Source of the DNA: Polyangiales bacterium
Lineage (GTDB): Bacteria > Myxococcota_A > Polyangia > Polyangiales > JADJQN01
DNA: 64,000 bases
Assembly: GCA_964202905.1 (NCBI GenBank)
Contig: CAXNJO010000002.1
Coordinates: forward strand, 704,001 to 768,000
Direction: 5' to 3'
Positions 10,529 to 19,061 of the stretch are shown in pieces (the stretch's first letter is position 1; each line of letters begins with the position of its first letter). Below the pieces are notes generated by a model. The model ran no database searches. It saw only the letters and a program-made list of their open reading frames with translations, and had not been told where the DNA came from. Position numbers and translations under genes: made by a program.

Positions 10529-11613
10529 CCGCGGGCGCCGCGCGGCGCGATGCGCGGCGAGGAAGTCGGCAATTCGAGGGTGAACGCGCAGCCGCCGCCG
10601 AGGGGCTCCCCGACGCCGACCGTGCCGCCGTGCGCGCGCGCCGCGAGCCGGACGAACGTGAGCCCGAGGCCCTGGTTCAGGCGTCGCCGCGGCCCCGTGA
10701 GCTCGCCCTGCACCTGGGCGAACTTCTCGAAGATGCGCTCGCGCACGCTCTCCGGGACGCCCGGGCCGTCGTCGACGACGACGAACCGGAGGACACTGCC
10801 GCCCGGCTCGACGCGGATCGTCACGCGCGAGAGCGCGTAGCGGACGCCGTTCTCGACGAGGTTGTCGAGGGCGCGGCGCAGCACGCCCTCGTCGACGTGG
10901 GCGACGACGGGCGCGTCGGGCGCCTCGACGTGGATGGCGACGCCACGGAGCCGCGCGAGCGTCTGCGACTCGTGCACGGTGTCGCCCACGAGGCGGCGCA
11001 CGTCGACGTCCGCGCGCACGAGCGGCATCGAGGGGCTCTCGAGGCGCGCGACGTCGAGGAGGTTGTGCACCATGCGCTGGACGCGCGTCGTCGCGCGGAG
11101 GGCGCCGTCGAGGCACTCTCGCGCCTCGGCGTCGTCACGGACCGACGCCTGTTCGCCGAGGAGTCCGAGGTTCGTGAGCGCGACCGAGAGCGGGTTCTTG
11201 AGGTCGTGCACGAGCAGGCTGCCGAGCGTGTCCTTCATGCGCTCGACCGCGCGCTTGGCGGAGACGTCCTCGATGAGGAGGCAGCCGTACGAGGCGCCCT
11301 CGACCTCGAAGGACGTGAGCTTGACGACGACCTCGCGCGGCTGCGCGAGTTGCGGAAACGGGAACGAGAACTCGAGTTGCAGCGCGAGGGGCGTGCGGCC
11401 GATCTCGTCGTAGAAACGCCCACCGAGCTCGCGCACGTTCATGCAAGGCGCGACCTCGCGGAAGAACTCGCGGCCGAGGACGTCGTCGCGGGAGCGGCCC
11501 GCGAGGATCTCCTCGTAGCGGTTGTACTGCACGACGCGCCCGGTGGCGTCGAGCAGGACGACCCCCACGGGCAGCTGCTCGAGCAGCGACATCAGGACGG
11601 GCATCGGGACCAT
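10525..11613 (-). CDS. PYP-like PAS domain fused to a HisKA/HATPase_c histidine kinase
   Basis: PVGVVLLDATGRVVQYNRYEEILAGR...VLGREFFREVAPC; H-box HDLKNPL, N-box NLVENG, DDGPG, IFEKF, GLGL. The start could be 11613, 11604 or 11592. Confidence 0.88.
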   Translation of the reverse strand: MVPMPVLMSLLEQLPVGVVLLDATGRVVQYNRYEEILAGRSRDDVLGREFFREVAPCMNVRELGGRFYDEIGRTPLALQLEFSFPFPQLAQPREVVVKLTSFEVEGASYGCLLIEDVSAKRAVERMKDTLGSLLVHDLKNPLSVALTNLGLLGEQASVRDDAEARECLDGALRATTRVQRMVHNLLDVARLESPSMPLVRADVDVRRLVGDTVHESQTLARLRGVAIHVEAPDAPVVAHVDEGVLRRALDNLVENGVRYALSRVTIRVEPGGSVLRFVVVDDGPGVPESVRERIFEKFAQVQGELTGPRRRLNQGLGLTFVRLAARAHGGTVGVGEPLGGGCAFTLELPTSSPRIAPRGARG

Positions 11614-11784
11614 GGAAGCGTCGGCAGAATGCCACGCGGCGATGGGCGTCGGAAGGGGTTTCCTGCCCGGCGCGAGCCCGATCCGGGGACACGACCACAT
11701 GGCGCAGCACGCGTCGCAGCCGCCCTGCCGCGAGGCCTGCTGCACGGTCCGCTTCGCGGCCGACTTCGCGGCCTACCGCACTCC

Positions 11785-12519
11785 CTACTTCACGACGCGC
11801 AGGTACGACGGGGCGCTCGCCGCCGCGCGCCGCGCGGCCGCGTCTCCGGCGCGACCACCCGGAACGGCTCGGAGACCACCGCCGCCGGTGGGGAAGGCGG
11901 CGCGGAGGGCGGGCGCGCGCTCGCGGACGGCGCGCGTGCGCGCGCGGAGCCTTCCGCGCGGCGGTGACCGGGCGCGCAGCGGGCGGCGGCGCGGACGGCG
12001 ACTTCGCCGCGGCGCCGCGGCGGCGCGGCCGCGCGCGCGGGGTTCGGGCGCGGCTCAGGGTCGCGGCGGGCGGCGGCTGCCGACGGCTCGAGCTCAGCGG
12101 CGCCGGCTCGAGCGGGCTGTCGGGGCCGAGGTGCACTTGTCGGCGTCCGCGCCGCGACCACCGCGGTCCATCTCGGCCGACACCTCCGCCGCGATCTCGG
12201 CAGGCAGGTCCTCGGGCCACAGCACGCCCTTGCCCGCGTCATCCAGGAGCGCGAACACCGCCGCCCACGGGACCCAGCAGGCGAACGGGGTGCGCTGGAA
12301 GGAGAGCGTCGCGCCGAGCCCTGCGCTGGTGACCACGAGATCGGGGACCGGGATCGGCATGTCGAGCCCCACCTGCAGCACGAGCTGGGGCTGACGCCGC
12401 AGGTACTCGGGCACCCGGACTTCCGGGGCGCGCGGATCGAGATGCACGAACATGTTGCCGTGCGCGAGCAGCGCGCGCGCGACGTCGGGCTTGGACGGGG
12501 ATGACTTCGGCTCCGACAT
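11785..12519 (-). CDS. sspB: SspB-type ClpXP adaptor, with compensating indels in the low-complexity linker
   Basis: N-domain FVHLDPR...V.VP...LVLQVG...DL......ATLSF...PF.C.VPW.AVFAL. The C-terminal PSYLRVVK* (ClpX-binding LRVVK tail) ends at 11785 in the same frame as the start, with an in-frame stop at 12094. Confidence 0.78.
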
Positions 12520-12657
12520 GGGGGCGAAGCGTAGCATCGGCGACTGCGCGGGCACGCGTGGGGGCAGTGAGACGACACGCGGCGCCGTCGTCGTGGTTGG
12601 CGCCCACCGGCGCGCCGCGGCCCGGTAGAGTGGCGGTCGCCTTCGCTGGAGCTGCCG

Positions 12658-13662
12658 TTGCCGCCTCCCCATCGCACGCCCCGCCCCGCGTCATCGTTCG
12701 ACGAACGAAGCGCGCGCGCGCTCCTCGCCCGACTCCTCGACGCCCCGCGCGTTCGTCACCCGGCTGGCGTGGCGCCGCGCGGAGACCGACTCGACGCGCT
12801 GCGCGAGGCGCTCGCGCTGCGCCCGCTGCGGGGCGGCCCCTTCAGCTCGCAGGTCGACCTCTTCGGCGAGCTGCTGCGCTGGCTCGTGACGGATCCATCC
12901 CGCGTCGACGCGCTCCTCGCCGCGCCCGAGGGCAAGCTCCGCGCGCACATCGGGCGCGTCGTGGCGCGGCTCGCGCGCGACGTCGGGATCGAGCGCGGCG
13001 ACCCGATCGCGCGCTTCCAGAAGTCGTTCGCTGCGGCGCTCCTCGCCGAGAGCCGCGCCGCCCGCCCACGCCTCGCGCGGAAGGGCGCCGACGTGCTGCG
13101 GCTGCCCGCCGCGGGAGGCGCCTCCGACGCGTGGCCCGACGATCTCGACGACGCGGGGCGCGGCACGTTCTCGCGGGAGAAGCTCGTCGCCGCGGCGCTC
13201 GCCGCGCTCGCCGCGCGACCCTCCGGCGCAGCGTCGCTCCGCGCGTTGCGGGGCGAGGTCGGCCGGCGCTACGACTTGCGTCCGCGCTTCGAGCGGGGGG
13301 AGACGCCCGACCGCGCCGACGGCGAAGGGCGCTCCGAGACGAGCGACGCATCACGCCATGCACAGGGCGACGGCGCCCGCTTCGACCCGACGCCGCGCGC
13401 GCGGGAGTTGCTCGCGCGGATCGCCCCCGCGGACGCGCCCTTCTGGATCGCGTGTTCGGAGGCCTTCCATGACGCGAACGCCCTGGGGATCGACCCGGAT
13501 CTCGCTCGGATCGCGGAGATCGTGGGGTGCAGCGAGCGGACCGTGCAGCGCTGGATCGCGCGCACGCAGGCCGAGCTCGGCGCGCTGACGGCGAGCACCT
13601 CGCTCCTCTCGATGCAGCTCTATCTGCACGCCGTGGCCGACCTGCTTCGCGCGCGCGTTTGA
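12658..13662 (+). CDS. Hypothetical protein with C-terminal HTH; possible divergent sigma-70/ECF-like factor
   Basis: TAGAGT box at 12626 and GGAG before TTG 12658; C-terminal LARIAEIVGCSERTVQRWIARTQAEL resembles sigma region 4.2. Confidence 0.5.
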   Translation: MPPPHRTPRPASSFDERSARALLARLLDAPRVRHPAGVAPRGDRLDALREALALRPLRGGPFSSQVDLFGELLRWLVTDPSRVDALLAAPEGKLRAHIGRVVARLARDVGIERGDPIARFQKSFAAALLAESRAARPRLARKGADVLRLPAAGGASDAWPDDLDDAGRGTFSREKLVAAALAALAARPSGAASLRALRGEVGRRYDLRPRFERGETPDRADGEGRSETSDASRHAQGDGARFDPTPRARELLARIAPADAPFWIACSEAFHDANALGIDPDLARIAEIVGCSERTVQRWIARTQAELGALTASTSLLSMQLYLHAVADLLRARV

Positions 13663-13714
13663 ACGGTATGTGACCCGCGACGCCGAACCCACGCGTCGGG
13701 TACCCTCGCCCGCC

Positions 13715-15490
13715 ATGCCCGAACCCGGCCTCTACCCGCGCGGCGGTCCCCGCCCCACCAGCAGCGCGGCCGAGCGCGCGACGTACGACGCGCTCGCGCG
13801 CGGCCTCCCGGCAGGCTGGTACGCGTGGCACTCGCTCCGCGTGCGCACCCCCGCCCAGGACGACGGCGAGTGCGACTTCGTGGTGGCGGTCCCGGGCCGC
13901 GGCGTGCTGCTCCTCGAGGTGAAGGGCGGGCGGCTCTGGGTCGAGGACGGACGCTGGCTGCAGAACGGGCACCCGCTCGCCGAGGCGCCGCTCGATCAGG
14001 TCTACGGTTTCCAGCGGAAGCTCATCGCGGTGCTGCGGCGGCAGGGCGCGCTCCAGATCCCATGGGTCGCGGTCGCGTGCGTGTTCCCGGAGACGTCGTT
14101 CGACGACGGGCCGCCGCAGCCGCACCTGCAGGGCTGCGTGCTCGGCGCGCTCGACATGGGGTACCTGCGCGACGCGCTGCCCGCGCTCGCGAAGCGCGTC
14201 TTCGATCGCAAGCTCGCGCCCGCGAGCGACGCCTGGATCGACGCGCTGCACGCGCTCTGGGGCGAGCGCTGGGTGCCGAAGCTCTCGCTCGGCGGCAGCG
14301 CGCGGCAGCGCGAGGCCGAGTTCGTCGCGCTCGACGCGCAGCAGCTCGGCACGCTCGACCTGCTCGCCGACAACCCGCGCGTGCTCGTCGAGGGCGCCGC
14401 GGGGACGGGCAAGACGATCCTCGCGACCGAGCTCTTCCGCCGCTGGTCCGGCGACGGCGGCGCACCCCCGCTTTTGCTTTGCTGGACGCGCCCGCTCTGC
14501 CTCGAGCTGCGGACCGCGGGCATCGCGGACGCGTGGACGATCCGTGAGCTCGGCGCGGAGCTGCTCACGCGGGCCGACCGCACCCCCCAGGGAGGCGCGC
14601 CCTCGAGCGAATGGACGCCGGAGACGTGGGAGCGCGTGACCCCCGAGGCCACGGCGCTCCTCGCCGCGCACCCCGGGGCGCCTCGGCGCGTGATCGTGGA
14701 CGAGGCGCAAGACTTCAGCGCGGACGACTGGGCGCTCCTCGTCGCGCTCGCGGGCGATGAAGCGATCTGGGCGTTCGGCGATCCGGGACAGAGCTTCTGG
14801 TCGGACGCGCGGCAGCCCCCGGCGGGGCTCTTCCCCGCGAAGGGGCGGCTCACCGCGCGCTACCGCTGCCCGGCGTCGCTCGTCGCCTTCGCCGATCGCT
14901 ACCGCGCGGGCGTCGCCGTGCCGGCCGATGCACCGCCGCCGGGTGACGCCCTGCGCGTCGTCGTGGTCGAGCGCATGCCACTGGCCCGTGCGGAGCCGGC
15001 GCGGACGGACATCTCGGTGGACGTGCGCGCAGCGGCGCCGGAATCGCCGACGGATGCCGTCGACGACGCAGCGGACGCGCCCGCGACGCCGGAGAACCCG
15101 CCAGATCCCGCGCAGACCGCGCACCGGCGCCTCGAGGCGTGCGTCGCCGCGGAGCTCGATCGGCTGCGTCGGGGGGGCGTCGCCCCCGCGGACATCGCCG
15201 TGCTCTCGCTCGCAGGGCGGTCGAAGTCTCGCATCGGGAGCGGCGCGCGCATCGGCGGCCACGAGGTCGTGCGCGCGGACGACGAAGCCGCCCCCGCGCA
15301 GCTCGTCGCCGACACCGGCCTGCGCTTCAAGGGCCTCGAGCGGCCGTGGATCATCGTCACGGAGTTGGGCCTCGGGCCGTCCCGCTACGACGTGCGCATG
15401 CACATCGCCCTCACGCGGGCCACCGTCGGCTGTGTCGTGGTCGCCACCGAGGCGGAGCTCGACGCCGATCCGCGGCTGCGCGGGGCCTGA
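13715..15490 (+). CDS. NERD nuclease fused to a superfamily 1 (UvrD-like) helicase
   Basis: GECDFVV...LLLEVKGG and PLDQ (NERD); GAAGTGKT, IVDEAQDF, FGDPGQ, RYRCP, FKGLE, IALTRA. Confidence 0.88.
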   Translation: MPEPGLYPRGGPRPTSSAAERATYDALARGLPAGWYAWHSLRVRTPAQDDGECDFVVAVPGRGVLLLEVKGGRLWVEDGRWLQNGHPLAEAPLDQVYGFQRKLIAVLRRQGALQIPWVAVACVFPETSFDDGPPQPHLQGCVLGALDMGYLRDALPALAKRVFDRKLAPASDAWIDALHALWGERWVPKLSLGGSARQREAEFVALDAQQLGTLDLLADNPRVLVEGAAGTGKTILATELFRRWSGDGGAPPLLLCWTRPLCLELRTAGIADAWTIRELGAELLTRADRTPQGGAPSSEWTPETWERVTPEATALLAAHPGAPRRVIVDEAQDFSADDWALLVALAGDEAIWAFGDPGQSFWSDARQPPAGLFPAKGRLTARYRCPASLVAFADRYRAGVAVPADAPPPGDALRVVVVERMPLARAEPARTDISVDVRAAAPESPTDAVDDAADAPATPENPPDPAQTAHRRLEACVAAELDRLRRGGVAPADIAVLSLAGRSKSRIGSGARIGGHEVVRADDEAAPAQLVADTGLRFKGLERPWIIVTELGLGPSRYDVRMHIALTRATVGCVVVATEAELDADPRLRGA

Positions 15491-15678
15491 GGCCACCGCC
15501 CGCGGCGGTCACGCTGCCGCGAGCGGGGCGGGCGCGCGGCACATTCGTCGTTGATTCTGGCGTTTTCTCGACCAAAGATATCGTCGCCGGGGATTTCGCC
15601 CGCTGCCGGTTGACGGAACGCTCGCGGTCCATACCTCCCTTCCAAAGATGGTGTGCACCGGGATGTAGGGGGGACATT

Positions 15679-16446
15679 ATGTATGCCGTGTCACAAACTC
15701 AGCTTTCGATGCAGGTCGCCAAGCGCATCGCGTATCTCCGTGCCGCCGGCGGCGTCACCCAGGACGAGTTGGCGCGCCGTCTCGGCATCGCCTTGAAAAA
15801 TCTGCAGCGGCTCGAGTCCGGGCGTCAGAATCTGACGCTCGGGAGCATCGAGCGAGTCGCCACCGCGCTCCGCGTGGACTGGCGCGACTTCTTCGTCGGC
15901 GAGCCCGCCGGGCAAGGCGGCACGGTGCGGCGCGCCGTGTCGACGGCGCGCCGCCTCGACGGACTCGTCGGGCCCGGCCGTGTGCTCGTGCCCGTGGGGG
16001 AGGATCCGCCACCGCAGGCGGTCCCGGTCACCACGCTCGTAGGCGCCGCGACGCGCCTGCGCGCAGGGCGCAAGGTCGAGCCGACGGCCTGGGTCATCCT
16101 GGGCCGGACGCGCCCGCCGGAGGGCGCGTTCATCGCGCGCATCCTCGGCGGCGCGATGGTCCCGGCGCTCGCCGATGGCGCCTGGGCGCTCTTCGCCCCG
16201 CCGGACACGCGCTCGCTCGTCGGCCGCGTCGTGCTCATCGCGCGCAGCGGCACCGGCGAGGGCGGCGCGCAGGGCTACCTGCTCAAGCGCGTTGCGAGCG
16301 CCGAGCCGGTCGGCAGCGGGAAACTGCGCGTGACGCTCCAGAGCGACAATCCGTCGTTCGCGCCGATCGTCCTCGAGGTGCGCAGCCTCGACGATCTGCG
16401 CGTCGTCGGCGTGTTCGTGCGCACCCTCAGCGCCTCGCCCGCCTGA
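15679..16446 (+). CDS. XRE-family HTH regulator with a degenerate S24 (LexA/CI-like) C-terminal domain
   Basis: IAYLRAAGGVTQDELARRLG...LQRLESGRQNLTL; FIARILGGAMVPALADG, LLKRV, LQSDNPSFAPI, RVVGVFV. Confidence 0.8.
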   Translation: MYAVSQTQLSMQVAKRIAYLRAAGGVTQDELARRLGIALKNLQRLESGRQNLTLGSIERVATALRVDWRDFFVGEPAGQGGTVRRAVSTARRLDGLVGPGRVLVPVGEDPPPQAVPVTTLVGAATRLRAGRKVEPTAWVILGRTRPPEGAFIARILGGAMVPALADGAWALFAPPDTRSLVGRVVLIARSGTGEGGAQGYLLKRVASAEPVGSGKLRVTLQSDNPSFAPIVLEVRSLDDLRVVGVFVRTLSASPA

Positions 16447-16829
16447 ACGCACGCCCGCGCGCCGTTCGCGGGTGACGGCAGGCGTCGGCGTCGCGCCGTG
16501 CGGCCCGGCACGTGAACCAGCGCGCTCGCTGCGCGACACGCGGCGCGCGCGGGCGCGTTCCCGTTGAGTCCGGCGGGACGCAGCGTGACGCGGGCGACGC
16601 GCGTCGACGTCGCAGGCCGCGCCGCGCGACGCGTCCGACGCGATGTTGGTCACCCGTGCGCGGCGCCGTGCTCGGTGCGGCGTCGTGCCCGGTGCGGCGA
16701 CAGCCGTGGCGGCCGCGCGGTGGCGCGTCCCGGGGCGCGCATCTCGGGGCGCGCGTCTCGGGCGCCCACGCTCGTGTCTCCCCGCGCGCCGTCGGGCGTG
16801 CTCAGCGCGGCCGGCGGGCGCGGGGAGGA

Positions 16830-17189
16830 GGTGGAGGCGGCGGGAGTCGAACCCGCGTCCGAAAGACCGTCACGGTGGCTTCTACGTGTGTGTTCCGCGT
16901 TTTGGTATCGCGCCCTCTTGCGCCCACGGACGGGCTCGCCAGAGCGCTATCGACCCTTTGATTTCGCCGCTCTCCCGGATCGCGTGGAGGCCGCTAGCCA
17001 GTTCGATGACGCCTCACCCGGGAGCACTGGCAGGCTCCCCGGCTCGACGGCTCTCTAAGCCCTACTCAGGCCGCGAGAGCAAGTGCATTATCGTTGGCAC
17101 TTGTGTTTCCCGGAAGGATTTACGTCGTTCCCGAGACCGACGACACGCGACCACCGATCGGAGTCCCCCGTCGAAACCGTGACGCCCCC
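16830..17189 (-). ncRNA. ssrA: tmRNA, tag peptide (A)ANDNALALAA*
   Basis: 5' GGGGGCGTCACGGTTTCGAC; 3' GACGCGGGTTCGACTCCCGCCGCCTCCACC; acceptor stem with G3.U wobble; tag ORF GCCAACGATAATGCACTTGCTCTCGCGGCCTGA at 17098-17066. Confidence 0.96.
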
Positions 17190-17321
17190 TTGAGCTGCAG
17201 GCGCCGAGCATGGCGCGGGGGACAGGATAGGTGCGCGGACCGCCGCCGCAAGGCCTATTCTCGAGGGAGGCGCCGCACCTTCCGCGCCCCGCGTCCGGAC
17301 GCGGCCCGTGCCGCAAAGGCC

Positions 17322-17370
17322 AAAAGAAGGGCGGCCCGAAGAGCGTGGGGGGACGCCGCCATCGAGCCGC
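17322..17370 (-). terminator. Hairpin with CCCCCC loop and U-rich tail; terminator or 3' end of a candidate sRNA
   Basis: Minus strand GCGGCTCGA..GCGT-CCCCCC-ACGC..TCGGGCCGC-CCTTCTTTT. Confidence 0.6.
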
Positions 17371-17464
17371 CACACTCGTCTGCGATTCGATTTCAGATAC
17401 GCGATGCATCCAGCGCAGTGAGCGGGCGCGATGGGCCCGGACCGCGTGATAGGCTCGCGCACCG

Positions 17465-18178
17465 ATGGCCATTGCTCCCCGGAGTCCGCTCGAGCTTCTG
17501 CGCGACGTGTCCGTGCTGGCGGACCTGCCCGCCCCCGATCTCCGCGTCCTCGCGGACGCCACCGACGTGCGCAAGGCCGCCCGCGGCACGGCGATCTTCA
17601 GCGAGGGCCAGCACGCAGAGGGGCTCTTCGTCATCCGCACCGGCGAGGTGAAGGTGATGAAGGGCGGGCGCGAGGACCGCGAGCAGATCCTCTACATCGC
17701 CAAGCCCGGCCGCGCGGTCGTCGAAGGGTTGCGCTTCGACGGGGGCGTGTACCCCGCGAGCGCCGTCGCGATGCGCGCGGCGACGGCGCTGCTCGTGCCG
17801 AACGACGCCATCGCGCTGCTCGGCGACCGCCGCCCCGCGGTGCTCCGGGCGATGTTGGATCTGCGCGCCCGGCGCGCCGACCGGGTGCTCACGCTGGTGA
17901 GCGACCTGTCGCTGCGCACCGTGCCCGCGCGGCTCGCGTCGTTCCTGTGCGCGCTCGTCGCGGCACGGCAGGCGCGCGGTGAGGAGGGCACGACGCTGGT
18001 GCGGGACCTGACCACCGAGACGGTCGCGGGCCGGCTCGGGACGGTGCGCGAGGAGATCTCGCGTGGACTCGCGTACCTCGAGCGCGAACGCGCACTCAAG
18101 GTGAGCCCCGACGTCATCGAGGTCGTCGATCGCGAGCGCCTCGAGGCCATCGCCTACGGCCCGCGCAAGGCGCCCTGA
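17465..18178 (+). CDS. Crp/Fnr family transcriptional regulator
   Basis: IFSEGQ...LFVIRTGEVKV, GREDREQIL, YPASAVA, V.ARLA.FL, LT.E.VA.RLGTVREEISRGL HTH. Confidence 0.9.
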   Translation: MAIAPRSPLELLRDVSVLADLPAPDLRVLADATDVRKAARGTAIFSEGQHAEGLFVIRTGEVKVMKGGREDREQILYIAKPGRAVVEGLRFDGGVYPASAVAMRAATALLVPNDAIALLGDRRPAVLRAMLDLRARRADRVLTLVSDLSLRTVPARLASFLCALVAARQARGEEGTTLVRDLTTETVAGRLGTVREEISRGLAYLERERALKVSPDVIEVVDRERLEAIAYGPRKAP

Positions 18179-18193
18179 GCGGCGGCACCCGCG

Positions 18194-19051
18194 ATGTCCG
18201 CGCCCGCGTCCCCGGCGCCCGGCACGCTCCGGGTCCCTCCGTCCCCCGCGCCCACGGCCCGCGCGATCGTGCGCTGGGTGCTCGTCGCGGACGCGGCCGC
18301 GCTCGTGCTGGTGCTCGCCGCGCTCGCCGCGCCCTCCGTCCCCGCGACGCCGCTCGTCGCGTTCATCGCGGGGTTCGCGGCGGTCTCGACCTCGATGGTC
18401 GCGACGGCGCTCGCGACCCCGCCCCTGCCCCGCGCCGCGCTCTCGGGCGTGCTGCTCGCGATCGCCGCGCTCGTGCTCGTGTTCGCGCTCGATCTCGCGC
18501 GCGGCGCGAACGTCGGCGGCGCCGCGATCGTGACGATCGCGTTGCTGCTCGGCGGGACGTGCGTCGGCGCGGTGGTCGCGGGCGGCGTCGAGCATCCCGG
18601 TCACCTGCTCGTGGTCGCGGTCGTCTTCACGCTCGTCGACACCTTCAGCGTGTTCCACGAGGCGGGGCCATCCGCGGCCATCGTCGCGAGCGAGACGGTG
18701 CTCTCGCTGGTCGCCCTGCCCTGGCCGCAGCTCGGCGCGCCCACGCCGACGATCGAGCCCTTTCTCGGCGTCGGAGACGTCGTCGCGACGGCGCTCTTCG
18801 TCGGCGTCGCGCGCAAGCACGCGCTCGGGCTCGCGCGGACGGCGGCCGCTCTGCTCGTCGGGCTCGCGGTGACGATGACGCTCGTGGTCGTCATGCGGCA
18901 GGCCATCCCGGTGCTCCCGCTCCTGGCGGGCGCGATGCTCGTCGCGCACCCCGCGGCGCGCCGACTGCGACGCGAGGACCGCCGCCCCGCGCTCCTCGGA
19001 TTGCTCGCGCTGATGCTCGTCTACGTCGCCATCTGGCAGCTGAACCGATAG
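18194..19051 (+). CDS. Polytopic membrane protein with presenilin/SPP-like GxGD aspartyl-protease motifs
   Basis: TM-embedded Asp in VFTLVDTFSV, then FLGVGDVV, then AIPVLPLL (PAL-like); about 8-9 hydrophobic helices. Confidence 0.65.
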   Translation: MSAPASPAPGTLRVPPSPAPTARAIVRWVLVADAAALVLVLAALAAPSVPATPLVAFIAGFAAVSTSMVATALATPPLPRAALSGVLLAIAALVLVFALDLARGANVGGAAIVTIALLLGGTCVGAVVAGGVEHPGHLLVVAVVFTLVDTFSVFHEAGPSAAIVASETVLSLVALPWPQLGAPTPTIEPFLGVGDVVATALFVGVARKHALGLARTAAALLVGLAVTMTLVVVMRQAIPVLPLLAGAMLVAHPAARRLRREDRRPALLGLLALMLVYVAIWQLNR

Positions 19052-19061
19052 GCTCGGCCCC

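Noticed and set aside
12540..16830. Intact prophage or integrative element at ssrA
   Set aside because: No integrase, phage structural genes or duplicated ssrA 3' end were found.
16830..16862. Stand-alone tRNA
   Set aside because: This is the T-arm and acceptor end of the tmRNA.
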